DNA of 64,000 nucleotides from the NCBI GenBank assembly GCA_964199315.1, contig OZ116701.1:32364001-32428000 (forward strand), in the 5' to 3' direction. Numbering within the stretch: position 1 is the first letter of the stretch; every line of letters starts with the position of its first letter. Positions 1 through 12,433 of the stretch are shown in pieces. Origin of the DNA: Orbicella franksi (lineage: Eukaryota). The position numbers and the translations under genes are program-made. The notes beneath the pieces are model-generated. The model searched no databases, was not told the DNA's origin, and was given only the letters and a program-made list of their open reading frames with translations.

Positions 1-122
1 GTCGGCTGACAGTCATCGGTGTACTTGATAAACTCAAATTTTTCTATATCAGGTCTGGCCTGATTTTATCTTTCGCTACAACTTTATATGGGCAGTTTGA
101 CAGCACCAACTATTTCAGTGCA

Positions 123-3100
123 TTAACACTCTTGAAGGAGTTCGATTTCTTCAAGTGGAGCATGTAGCCTGATTTCTTTCTCGGTCATTAAATCGACAAT
201 GTCTTGAATGTCATCTGGTATATGCTGCACTGCATCCATGTACAAAACCTGAAGTGAATTAACAGAAATTTTGAGAGTTTGTTTTAAGGGCTTGCTTTGG
301 AAGTGAATTTTAAATAGAAATTTGAGTTTGCTCTCTGTTTCAAACTTCAAAAATTAATGTTTTGGCAGAGACCAATCAAAGATATAAAATGTTTAAGACC
401 CAGTAATGACCACTATGGTTTTCGTGCATCTGTTATTCTTTCGATTTGCCTGATGGCGAGGTTTCGAGGTTTTCCAATGCTCAACAGTGTGTAATGCATC
501 CTGGACGAAAATGGGTCTTTAATCTTTCCAGTATCGAAGTTTTTGGCTCAAATCTCATGCACGTCCTCAGAATGTACAATGTTTGCCTGAAAAGCAGACG
601 TCTTTTCACAGACGAGCGACAGCGGGAAGTACATGTAGACGCGTGTTTGCAGGCTTAAGTCTGTATTTTATGTCAATATTTGCAGGACTAACCAGTTTTA
701 ATAGTAATAAGATTTGTTATAATTACCTTGGCCCAGGGACAACTCTGGAGAGCCTGGTAGAACACTGACTTGACTTTCTCTTTCCCAAGTTTTGACTAAA
801 AAGGGAAATTAAAACTGTAAGTGGCAAATTACCAGTAAACCAGAGAGGGAAGTAGATGAAGAAAACTGCCCCAAACCTTCTAAGCCTTGTCATTGTTGTT
901 GTGCCTTTTAGGGGTAAAATAGCAGCTTTGGTACCTCTTAAGGTGTTCAGCCCTAAAAGGTCCACAGTAGGAGCTTTTGAGGTACGTTTTAGGGTATCAA
1001 GCCAAAAAAAGTCAGTGTGAGTTAATGTGTTGTTTTTGAATTGGTACCTAGCCTCTTAGGGGAGAAAAACGTTTCAAGCCAGGCCCACAAAACAGTTTGT
1101 ACCTCTTAAGGTTTGTTTTCACAATTTCTGACGAGCACCCCTATCCTTTTCATATGGGAATCCGCCCGGGGCTGCATCATGACTTTATTAATTGAATAAT
1201 TGTGTAAATTAAGCACTAAATGGAGTAAGCAAAAAAAAATTTTCAGTTACATACTTCAAATTGCATAAACATCCTCCATAATGCTACACAGTGTCTCCCA
1301 GGAGGAAAGGAGATTGCTCTTTCAAACAAAGAACGTTGACGATGGACTACACCAGTGACTGGAAGAGAAGTAACAGCTGCGGAGATTTCTTGCGAGCCTA
1401 GAGCAGAGAGATCATTGCATTCCATGACTGATACCAGGGACTTAGCCCTAAGCTGCTCATAATAAATTGCAAAGATCCATGGAACAGGTGTGGTGGCCTT
1501 TTGGGCAGCCTTGTCAAGAATCCTTCTGATCTCACCAGTGAGAATTGACTTTGATTCACGCTGAATGTAAAATGAGAGAAACTCAGGATTATCAGGAAAT
1601 TTCTCCAATGCAAAGTGTACAATATTTCTAGTGTCTTTCAGGGGCAGCGTTCTGCCACGCGTGCAGTGAAATCTAAACAGCCTGATGTAAAAGCTTAGAA
1701 TGAGTTCAATGTCCATCTCAAGGAGGTGAACTTGATCACATGAAGCGACTGAAATAATATCATTACACACAGACAATACACCTTGAATACCAGTGCTCAA
1801 GTATTCAAACAAAACACTACAAGCTTCAAGATGAACTGCCAGACTTCCAGAGGCAATGTCGCAGTCAAGCAACTGTCTCTTTTCTTGGGACGACTCAGTT
1901 GTGCCAGTAATTCCTTGGTGGTATTTCTGGTAGATTCTACGAGACTTCAACAGTCGAACAGCAGACACGTCAGCAGTTGATGTATTGGATGTGGAAGGTT
2001 GAAAGTTTGCTCCCTCAGCAAATGTGGTCAAGATCTGTAATGCTTTCTTGTTTTCCTCACTTGACATAACCTGCGACTCTTCTGAGTTTCCAGTGACACC
2101 AACTTCAAGCTCAGCATATGACCTGATAACAAAAGAGGAAATGTTGTTATCATAAAAAGAAGGATACCGGTAATTTTACACTGTACTCATTATCAATAAA
2201 ATAAAGTTCTGGTTGCAGGGATTAAGAAAATGTACACAAACTATACACACTGGCACGATGGCTACATGTAGTTTGTTTTCTTCTGGATTGAGAGGTCCAA
2301 GTTTGAGTCTCGTAGCCTGGTTGAGGCTGCAGGATATGTGGTGGCTTAACTTTTACAGTGCTGGACTCTGGAGCAAGTAGAAAATTCTTAACAATTAAAA
2401 ATTAAAAATCACAGAATTTGTTTCAAAACCAGAATAAAATAGTTGGTCGAACCTGACAAGAGGTGCTAAAGCTGTCCTTCTGCTCTGTTCATCAGAAAAC
2501 ATTTCACCGCCCATCGTGAGAGTGGAGTCAAACATTCTGCGAGCTTCATCAGTGTTACCAGATAACCACTCTATCTCTACAAAAGCTTTCCACAGTGTCA
2601 GGTCATTCCTGAATTTCAAAAATTAGCATCATAAATCTACTTATTAATATACTGTTGTAAGAAAACATTTACTGTCAGTAGCAGAGGCACCTCAACAAAT
2701 TCAAATGCTTGTGGAGGGTGTCTGCAAATGGAATGGGTTCAGTTCGGTAAGGAAGGTGTCAGATTAAAGTTGCTGTCCATTTAATGGAAGTGTCCTTGTA
2801 TGACTGGTCTCCACTTTTAAGAGAATGATGTCCACTTTTGAGAGGTATAAACTTATTGGAGGAGTCCATATTTTGAATTTATTCACACCTCTGAATGAGA
2901 AACGCCCCTTTTAGATGGCGGCTGCTTTATATGAGTGGTAATGACGTATGAAAGGTGTCAATATATTGAAGATATCCACTCTGTATGGAGAGTGTATACT
3001 TAGAGTAGGTTTGTGCTCTAGTTATGGTATTGACTGCTCTCTTTTGGAAGGTGTCATCTTACTGGAGCTGCCTGGTAATGAGAGTTGTTCAGTTATGGAC

Positions 3101-6100
3101 TTTGTGTCCACTTTGGAAGATGTGCATGCTTAGTGGAAGTTTCCACAATACAGAATATCCACTCATAGGACAGTGTCAGTAGTATATTCAGGTGGGATGC
3201 AATGTTAGTAATATAACTTGATTAACAGTCAAGTGAATGTATGAAAGATCATTTGAACTGTGGAGAAAGATATAAAGACATTATTGATCATCGCAGTTAT
3301 AGTCACAACTTAAGTAGTTGTGAGCATAACTACGATGATCAATAATGTCTCTATAACTTGATTAATATTGTAGTCGTGTCCTACATCTGCAATGATCAAG
3401 ATCAACATGACTGTACATTCTTTTAACTAGCTAAACTTCAATCATTTTACAAACCTGTTTTCTGGTTGCTTAAGGAGGCTTTTGGCTAATTTCCTTACAT
3501 CTTTATACTTCTTTTTACTTTCCTTTATGGATGGTACCTTCTGAGTAAGGCCAAACTCAAACCAGAGCCACAACACCATCAGGAAACTTCTTGTTGCTCC
3601 TTCAAATACTGGAAAGATTTGCACAAAGATATTTCTTGCAAGGTTCAAAGCCTCTGATGAGGGCCACTGTTTGTCAGTTGTGTTGGTAGAGTCGCCGTCA
3701 TCCCAATGGTATGACTGCCAGAAACCAAGAAATTGAGACATGGTAAAGTTGCCAGGCTCTAACAGCTGTGACTCATACTCTAAGGAGATGTTCAGGAATC
3801 TTTGCACATCGCCATTTGTTGATGAGCTCACACAAGGTACTGACACTCCCAGCAACTTCAAGAAAGACAATACAAGCTTAAGCTTGTTCCTTGGATCAGT
3901 GATTTTGAACAAGCTTGAGCTAATGTCCTCAAACAAAACAAGTCTTTCAGCATCATCGCAATCATCCTCTGTTTGATCTTTTTTGGCATCTGGTTGCCAT
4001 GGCAATAAATATCTTCTCTGTCTGGATAATTCAACTTGTACCCAGTTCTTCCACAGAGGCTTATTTTTATCAACTTCAATCTCATCGTCATGATCATCAA
4101 GAGAATCACTCTCATCTGTGGCACTGGTGGAATTTGCCTTGAAAATCTTCTTGACGTCAGTTGTCACCTCAGTCATGTTTTCTGCAGCCATCCAGGACTT
4201 CCAACCTCTTGCACCATCTTCACCAAACCTTAATTGTCATACAATGGAATAACAGCCCAAATTAGACAACCATAAGCTGTCATTAACTTGCCAAAGAGAA
4301 ATATTCATTGACTAGAGATTCAGCTTGCTGACACAGATTTCCCTTTGTTAGTGATGTGGTTTTCATTTTGGCCTGGATAGGCTGTAGAACACTATCACAT
4401 GACCTCCAGAAATATCACAAATTAAAACAGCTCGTGCAAGAATTCTAATTTTGAGGTCATTGAGTTTTAGGTGCATGATGTCATGGTGATTTGAATTTTT
4501 TTTCTATTAAAACCATCAACTTGCCAAAAAAAATTTAAAGCTAGATATTGGTGATGTACTGCACAGTCATGTACCTTGGTTGTCCACTGTCCCAGAAAGT
4601 TTCCAGGAAAGCTATCTGTCCAGTCACAGGAGTGTTCTTCTCCAGATCATGTGAGCAGAAACAGTTTAATTCAATCATGGCCTGGATGCAAGCAACAGCT
4701 TTTTCTGTGTGACCTGAAGAGCACAGACATAATCTCAGTATGAATTGCTACAAACTTAGGGTTCATCTCATCTCTTTACTTGAATTGTCCTACTAGAATG
4801 TGTGGTGTAATGGCAGTTAATCCATTTTGGAAAAATAGTGCAGCTACATAGCAGTTAACCATTAATTAGCTAGATCAGGTGGCTGACTTTTGTTAGGTTT
4901 TAACCTCAGACCTGCTTCTTATCCAGAACACTTGACATGTAGTAAGGTTTATAAATTGATGGTCCAAGGCAACGTAACAGGTAGATTGAATTGACAAGCC
5001 TGTAAGTTAAAATAAAAATCAATTACCTGACTGCCTTGTAAATTGGCATTCCCTGATGAACAAATCTACCATTTCCTTCTCCAGGTCGCCTTCAGCCCGG
5101 TGAGATGCAAATGTCCCTTCCTTGATTGATGACAGAGTGCTCAAACACTTGGCAAATACTGCTGTTGTCTTACTAAATGAAAACACTGAAAATCTGGACT
5201 GCATGAACAACAAGTAATGTCTCCACAGCAGAGTATTGTTAGGATGGACAAAGCTGACTCTTTTCCATTTCTGAACCAGTTCTTCAGCGTCCATGATCTC
5301 ATTACAAAGATCTAAGTGGCCCACTATCAATTCAACTGAGTTTGGATTTTTTTGCAAAGCTTTTTCAAAAACAGCAATCTTCTTTTCGATTATGGTCCTT
5401 GTGGCAGCTTTCCTTCTCTCCCGACCAGTTGCTGTAAAGCTCGATTTCACAGAGTCCTCTTTTCTGACAATCTCTTCTTGAAAGTCAACAAGAGCCAGCC
5501 AAGTTTGAATGTCCTGTGGGTTGTCATGCAAGATCTTGTTTAACTCACGAGTCTTTTGCAAGGTTTCAGATTCATGAGAATCTCTATCAGCAGTTGATTC
5601 CTCCACTTTTCTTCTGAGAGAATCATCCTTTACCATCTCATCCTGACAGGATAACTCCAGGGGAACATAACCTCTAACATCAGCTAAATTACTTCTCTGA
5701 TCTGGTTTCTTTGTGATACTGGACAGTGTTATAGAAATGTTCTCAGTGCTTCCTGGAACTTGGAAATCATTAACATTCCAATACCTTTCAACAGGTCTTG
5801 TCTTTTTCTTTTTCTTTCCCTTCTGTTCTGTCAACTCAATAACTTGATGTTTGCTGAGCCCAAGGCAAGTCATATTTGACCTCATCTTATACAACGCAAT
5901 GTCCAGTCTGTACAGTGTGTTGTACATTCGATTTGCTATGTCAGGTTTTCTGTGAAGTCTAAAAGCTTTCTCAGGGGCAAGATTTGCCTCTTCAATCCAA
6001 ATTGTATCTGGTTTGCAAACATCTTCAGTGATACACTCTTTGTGCTCTGATTTATCATACTTATGCCTATGTTTCTTTTTTTGTTTATGCTTCTTTTTGT

Positions 6101-6871
6101 CCTTGTGGTGTTTCCTGACCTTTTCAGTAGAGCTTGGACTTTCCTTTTTGATTTCTTTGTCATGGAGTTGTCTTTCTTCATCTGAACTAGAAATGTCAAC
6201 AAGAGTGCGTTTACTTCTTTGGTGTACAAATTGTGGATGCACTTCGGTAGCTTTTTCCAATGAGTACTGCTTACACTCTGTGTCAACAATTTCATGTTGG
6301 TCACTTTCAAAAGCTAAACTAACATCTTTGTAGCTTTCATTTCTAAGCCAGTTTGGCTGGCCGACTCCTGCAAAACAAGACAGGCAGCACTGTCAAATCC
6401 TTAGCTCTACTCGTTCTTGCAGATGTAAATTATGCACAAGACTTTATCGCCTTTGGTCAGAGAAAGCTCAAGTATAAAGCTCAACATACTGCGGCAAACT
6501 ACTGACAACCATGAAAACGTTTTAGCTAACGTAAGTTCCTTTTAAAAGAGATAAGGCGTATTAAAGCAGAAAGCCCCATTTAATTAAGACAGATACTCTT
6601 CCTGTTAGTCTGGCTGGGCTAGGGTCGTCATTTTTGAAGACCTTGAATGCCAAATCGCGATAACTTTGACGCCATACATGTTCCAGTTTAAAAGCTTACC
6701 ACTATCAACATCTACAGGCTGTGTTTCCACGTTAGAAGAAGCGCATGGAAAAATAAGGCCACGGGATGTCCCAACTGATTTACTTTGGGACCCCAGTATT
6801 GGAAATAATGTCTGATTTGGAAGGTATTTGGTCTTTGAAACACTGTCGGCTTTATCTGTCTTTTCCGCCAT
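123..6871 (-). CDS. NRDE2: Nuclear exosome regulator / nuclear RNAi factor NRDE2, 8 coding exons, about 1214 aa
   Basis: Exons 6871-6700, 6367-5027, 4713-4575, 4228-3455, 2608-2453, 2122-1255, 795-727 and 248-123 join with GT-AG sites in consistent phase (3645 nt). Recognised motifs: WLRNES, HPNNTLLWRHYLLF, FWDSGQPRFGEDGARGW, ERLVLFEDI, C-terminal CPWAK-VLYMDAV...DLMTEKEIRLHAPLEEIELL. Confidence 0.95.
850..1172. repeat. Interspersed repeat, with related copies near 26905-27105 and 61410-61680
   Basis: A shared block like ctcttagggg(c/a)gaaaaacatttcaagccacgcccacaaaacag...ggtacctctt occurs at all three loci. Boundaries are approximate. Confidence 0.65.
3225..3355 (-). repeat. SINE 3' fragment folded back into an ~85-nt inverted repeat in NRDE2 intron 4
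   Basis: 3225-3325 resembles the SINE body at 11040-11140. Arms 3271-3300 and 3326-3355 are reverse complements at 28/30 positions. Confidence 0.85.
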
Positions 6872-7045
6872 CTTGAAAGACCAAAAAATTGCGGGCGCAA
6901 GACAAACTTTTCCCCGCCCTCCCTTCCCCTTACGCGCAGAGCATCGTCGCGAGAACGCAAAAAAAAAAAAGCGGGAAACACTCGCCACTGGCAACTTGCT
7001 TGCGCTGGTTTGGCGCAGTTTACTCTCTTTTTCTTCGTCATAAAT
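6872..7045. promoter_or_regulatory. Bidirectional promoter between NRDE2 and Speedy
   Basis: 174 bp between divergent start codons; CpG/GC-rich, with CCCCGCCC and TCGCGAGA. A YY1-like AAGATGGCGG overlaps the NRDE2 ATG. Confidence 0.7.
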
Positions 7046-9326
7046 ATGCGAACAAACCGCTTCTTCTTTAATAAGAAAGGGCAAAAAGAAATCAACACGG
7101 AAGCGGAAACTGCAGTTCAGGAAACACAGGAAATGGGAAGTGACGTTTCCACTGCAAACTACCAGAAAAACAGCTCTGAAAATGACGCCAGTTCAGAAAT
7201 GGAGAAATCCAAGCGACCACGAACTGAGAATATAAAAAGTGCAAAACCAGAAGCTGTAGCAATCAAGAGGAGAAGAAGTTATAGTGAATGCGATAATTTG
7301 TCAATTGAGAGAAAATTTGTGTGCAAGAAACTAAGAGTTAATCAGCTATACACGGATTACTGTGGACGAAATTCTTTTATGGCAGCTTTTTTCAGGCTTC
7401 TTGGTGAGTGTTCACAGTCATGCAGCTTTACAGTCAGCTTCAAGTTCACTCACTGAATTCAAACTCTTTCCGGCTTATTGTCTTTAAAGACTCTTTACAC
7501 ACACACACAAAAAAAATAAAACAAGAGCCCACTTAATCAATTTTTTTCCGTCAATAATGCAGATGATGATGTCATTCAAGATTTCTTGTGGATGGACAGT
7601 TGCGCAGTTATATCAGACAAAGTGAGTGGTGCAACGATGGTTTTTCTTTGCCAAGAGCACTTTAAATCTAAGAATGAATTTATCCTTTCTTTTCAGTATC
7701 TTCTGGCAATGGTTTACACCTATTTTAGGAGAGCCGAACTGGCGAAACGGGAATTTAACCGAATGAATTTCTTCATAGCACTGTAAGTATCAGTAAAAGC
7801 TTTTTCTTTGGCGGGAAGGGACGGGGGGGCATGACAAAGGAGCTCAGCACCGTAGAAGTGACTCCGGTTTGCATAAAAGTTTGAGAATGGTGTCAAAACT
7901 CGTGGGTCTTTGAGGGATCTTTAAAATTTCTTGAATTCTTCCGAAGTCTGTAGACAAATTCAGACCAGACAGCACAAAGTCATCTCCTCATTTCTTCTTC
8001 CATATCACACTGACCGGTGACTTTCTCATCTCCAGGTACTTGGCAAATGATATGGAAGAGGACGAAGAAGAAGAAAAGTACGACATATTTCCTTGGGCTT
8101 TAGGAAAGAACTGGCGTGACCTGTATCCGAGTTTCCTTCAAAACAGGGACATATTCTGGAGAAAGATCGGCTACCGCGCTCTTGTCAGCAAACTAACCTG
8201 TGATGAGGTATTGAATATGAATAAAGGGAAAATTTCCCTTTTTCTCCCTTGTTCCCTAATTTTTTTTTATGAAAGTTCCCCGTAATAGAAGACATATGCC
8301 TTGTTCCCTCAAATTCATCCTAAGAATATCCCTTGTTCCCTTGAAATAAATGATCGTGTTCCCTTTTCCCCCAAAATCCTGAAAGTCCCTCATTAATCAG
8401 GAGAAAACAACCGCAAACTAATAGCAGTTGTTAATTTGATTTTTTTTTCCCTTATTCTGAAAATAAAGATGAAGGAAATATTTTTTTACTTAGAAAATAG
8501 ACGATTTAGCATCATGGGAGTCTTAACATTCGGGCAGTTTTATTCCTCAGCAGGTTTACTCAAGTTGCAGTGAAATCAAGTTTCTAATAATGTAACTGAG
8601 CCACCTGACAGTGTTCATGTTTCTTGTGAACAAGTGAACAATACTCTGAAAATTCCAGTTAACAAATCCTCAGGAGTTATATTTGAGATCACCGAAATCT
8701 CAAAATAAATTTTTAGGTTAATTAGTTACAACATCGATCTTGCAAAAATTACATCAATTAGATCGGTAAGCTGCTGTTTTGGAGTAAGACAAAGCTGAAA
8801 ACGTTCTACTGTATAATCTGACATTGTATGAACTTGAACAAACATCACAGATGGGTGTTTTATTGTCCATCCTTTTAACAAAAGAGTAAGAAGCGGTCCT
8901 GTGAGCTTCAGGGGCGTCTTCCTTAGATCCGTATACGTTAACGATCCAAATGACCTGAAGCAGGACGCGTTCGACTCCGTTTGCGTAGATTTTTCTAGTA
9001 ATAAACTCATTCTAAATATCTTCATCGGTTCCTTTCAGATCATGGCTATTGTATCAGACCATCCAGTCTGGCGACGAACGAGAAGAAATCATCACGGTGG
9101 AGCGTGGAGGGACTACCTGAGGGACACAAGTAACGACTGCACAAGCCCAAGAGGTCCAGGAACTGCCCCTTTTCAGTGTTCCAAATGCGAAGGAAATTCA
9201 CCAATGCTGACCTCTGACTATTACAGCTGTTCCTCGCAATCTTCATCTGAAGACGAGAACACAACCTCAAGCTTTAATATGAAAGGTATTGTTGCACGTT
9301 CAACCGTATCAAACCGTAGTCTGTGA
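7046..9326 (+). CDS. SPDYA: Speedy/RINGO family CDK activator (3' end uncertain)
   Basis: Exons 7046-7403, 7563-7621, 7697-7782, 8036-8207 and 9039 onward are in phase. Speedy box: DFLWMD...[16 protein letters not shown]...[31 protein letters not shown]...[15 protein letters not shown]...[17 protein letters not shown]. The stop is at 9326 by read-through, or near 9380 or 9550 if the donor at 9286 is used. Confidence 0.9.
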
Positions 9327-11039
9327 CTGTAACCTTTCGAACATTCGCGCCTGATATCACAACTTCTTTCTTTTAGGCATCACACGTTCATAACTCATTT
9401 CCTGTCTTCCACCAATTTTAGAATAAGTCTTCTAACGTTTAGTTTTGTTTTCAGATTTGAAAACTGTGCTCCAGAAAAGCAATAACAAGAGGCACTGTCA
9501 GGAGAACAAAAATCACACTGGTGGAACTGCCAGACAAACAGCACAGTAGTCCCACAAGAAGACTCAACTGTTTTTCTTTTATCTAGTCTCTCAGTTCTAA
9601 TATATAAGACAGCAGAAAGACGTGCTCCCAGATTTTTCGGAAAAGATTTATACACTCTATAAATACTAATATATTTGACGGTAATACGAAGGAGTTTTTC
9701 TCAACGCTAGACACAGGCATTGTGTCAATTTATTTCTTACAGTGCTCAAATGATGGCCTGTTTGAAACCTGGTTACGGTGGTTACAGCCATTTTTATTTT
9801 CTGCCGCATTGTAAGAAATAACGCTTCAAGTAAGTTATATTTGGGAGCCAGCCTTCAGTTATAAATGTATAATGTATTGTAGTTAAAGGGAATTTGTAAG
9901 AAACCTTAATTGATAAAAACACATGCTGGCATGTATCTATTTAAAATTCAATTTAATTGATGTAAGAATTTCTATCTAGGAAATGTTTAATTGATATGCA
10001 ATTTTGGCAACTTTGATATTTGTACGATACATTGGGGATTGTATACTTATTGTCATGCTTTTTTGGTCAAACAATAAACTATGAACGATCATATTAAACT
10101 ATAGTCTGCATCCTTTCTAGCCTCCGTAAAGAAGCAAATTTTACGTCAGTACACAGCATATTTCGTTCAAGTTGGGTCTTCGAGCAAAATGCTGGCATCA
10201 TATAAAAAGTCTAACTCTTTCGAAGAAGCAATGCACTTCTCCCCGCACCAACGACCGGTATTAAATTTTTATTCGAAAATGGCCAATTTATCGAGATGGG
10301 GACAAACAGTTGGCCCAAAGCCCCGGGGTGAGGGCAAAACCGAAGGCAAATGCTCAGCCTCTGGGGTCTTCCAGATCATAGCTCTTCTCGAATTTAACGA
10401 CTATTTATTGACCTAGAGTAAGGTCTTTACGGGAAAATCTCAAACCGAGACCTTGCCGTATTGACTGAGCGAGGTCAAAACGAGAAGGTCGAGTTTTGAG
10501 ATTTTCCCGTATAGACCGAACGTTCGAGGAAAATAAGTAATTTATTAGATGGCTTACAAATTAGTTTTTAATTACCTTTTGCTTTGTTTTTGCAGACCCG
10601 TAATGGGCCCGTGATCATTACGGGGGAATAATGCCTTAGCTGATTAGCCAACCAGAGCGCACGTTATATTACTATTGGCCAAAATGACTATCACTAAAAT
10701 TTGAGCGTGATCTTATGTTCGCGACCTTTATTTTTTGAGTCGCAAAAATTCCATGTAATATTTAGTTTGAATCTCTCTGAAATAATCACGTTTCGTAAAA
10801 ATCTTTTACTTCTTTCGTTTCTCTTTAGATAAGGATCATACGTCTTTGATGACAAGTTTCTTTGCAAAGCATTTTTTTTACATGACGATTTTTTTTAATT
10901 TACAAGATAAACATTTAAGTTTCTTCTTAACTATTAGCAGGCAATTTCTTGGTCCTCATTTCAAGACGCTTCAGTGCAAAAAGGTAGCACTGTCAGAATA
11001 ATTTCACATGTCACAACATATAGTTTTGATGCATGCAAG

Positions 11040-11225
11040 TGAATCTATGGAAGATCATAAATTTGAACTTAGGAGAAAGATATGAAGACATGATTGATCA
11101 TCGCAGTTATTAAGCAGTTGTGAGATTAAAGCCTGAAAAAATTAAGCCCTGAACGGGATTCGAACCCACGACCTCTGCGATATCGGTGGAGTGTTTAATC
11201 AACTGAGCTATTAAGCCAACTGAGA
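11040..11225 (-). mobile_element. tRNA-derived SINE
   Basis: Minus strand reads TAGCTCAGTTGATT (A box) and GGTTCGAATCCC (B box), then a non-tRNA body that recurs at 3225-3325 and 12095-12210. There is no acceptor stem, so it is not a tRNA gene. Confidence 0.85.
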
Positions 11226-11228
11226 GCT

Positions 11229-12038
11229 GCAGGGACCCGTTTCTCGAAAGCCCCGGGAACTTTTCGGGCCCGCAAAGCCATTTTTATTTAATCGATATTT
11301 AAAGACAGAGGAGTGTATGGCTGGTTTGCAGTGTCACGCCATCAGAAATAAAAATCATAACCATTCAATGAATTAAGTCAAGAAGCTGGGATATGAAAGA
11401 TGATTGATATATAAACAACCTCGCCAAGATTTAGGTCTGTGCGGTTTTTCATTCTCCCGTTATTCGGAGAAGTGTTTCACTCAAATTTATAGAGCTTTGT
11501 ACGGAGCCGCTATGTTTGTGCCCCTCGGAGGGACACAAACATGGCGGCCGTAAAATAACAGAAACATCTGTCATCGAGTTTTGCCATTGAAACGAACAGT
11601 TATTACTCTAGAGCTCCGAAACATTGAAATAAACACTTTTTTATAGAGCAACAACTGTTTAGTTAGCAAAACCTTGAGCAATAACTCATCTTTTGACCTA
11701 CTCGAGAGCCTTATCGGGCCGCCATTTTAATGTCACAACACATAAACTTGGAAATTCAGACATGCTCTATTACATAATGAAGAACCCTGTCGAGCTTAAA
11801 CGTTGCAAAACATCAAGTTATTAAAGGATCTTACATCTGATGAAACTAAAACTTCAGAGGGATTGGTAATCTCTTATTTTGGAAATTGATGACGTCACAT
11901 GAAAAGCGGCATGAAGAGAACCTCTGTTTATGTTAAGAATATGTGCATAAAACAGCTCTGAAGTCATAAGGTTTGAGATTTTGCTACGGCTTTTCGGGTG
12001 CGAAAACTTTTCGGGACCTTCGAGAAACAGGCCCCTGG
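11229..12038. mobile_element. MITE-like element with terminal inverted repeats, apparently interrupted by a second ~600-bp element (~11318-11912)
   Basis: Left end ggacccgtttctcgaaagccccgggaacttttcgggcccgcaaagcc is an imperfect inverted copy of the right end ggcttttcgggtgcgaaaacttttcgggaccttcgagaaacaggcccc. The inner segment has its own hairpin (gctatgtttgtgcccctcggagggacacaaacatggc). Confidence 0.65.
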
Positions 12039-12094
12039 TCGTCCTGGTCACGTTGAGAGTTCGTAATTTTCCTATACATGATGATAAAGAATGC

Positions 12095-12210
12095 AAATGT
12101 ATATATGAAAGATCACATATTTGAACTGCGGAGAAACTGAGATATGAAGACATGATTAAAGACATTAAACATCGCAGTTATATGTGAAATCAGTAAAGCC
12201 TGAAAAAAAT
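12095..12210 (-). repeat. Truncated copy of the same SINE body
   Basis: gaaagatcacatatttgaactgcggagaaa...catcgcagttat...aaagcctgaaaaaa matches 11045-11140. Confidence 0.75.
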
Positions 12211-12433
12211 GGTTTTGCTGCAATCGTTACTGGAACTAGGAAGTTTTCCATAAAGGCAATTAACAATGATTCCATGAGCCTGTGTTGGATGAGAGGTGAT
12301 AAACAACAAATAACCAAGGTGCATAGCAACGATTTTGCTGTAGTTCGGGTGTTCCAGACTGATCTATTCAGACAAACCTTTTTTGCATTGTATGGAATAA
12401 CTCGTCATCTGCTTTTCAAACGCGTCTTCCTTT

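Noticed and set aside
2155-2175. U12-type donor-like GTATCCTT on the minus strand
   Set aside because: It lies inside NRDE2 intron 5, away from any exon boundary. All modelled introns are GT-AG or GC-AG with U2-type donors.
6872-7098. N-terminal extensions in the ORF track (6605-7084, 6712-7098, 7010-7456)
   Set aside because: They run across the shared promoter and a poly-A run. Homology and start context favour ATGs at 6871 and 7046.
11150-11225. tRNA gene (A and B boxes, GGTTCGAATCCC); likewise 52900-52973
   Set aside because: No complementary acceptor stem, and each head is fused to a non-tRNA body typical of SINEs (the first recurs elsewhere in the window). These are SINE heads.
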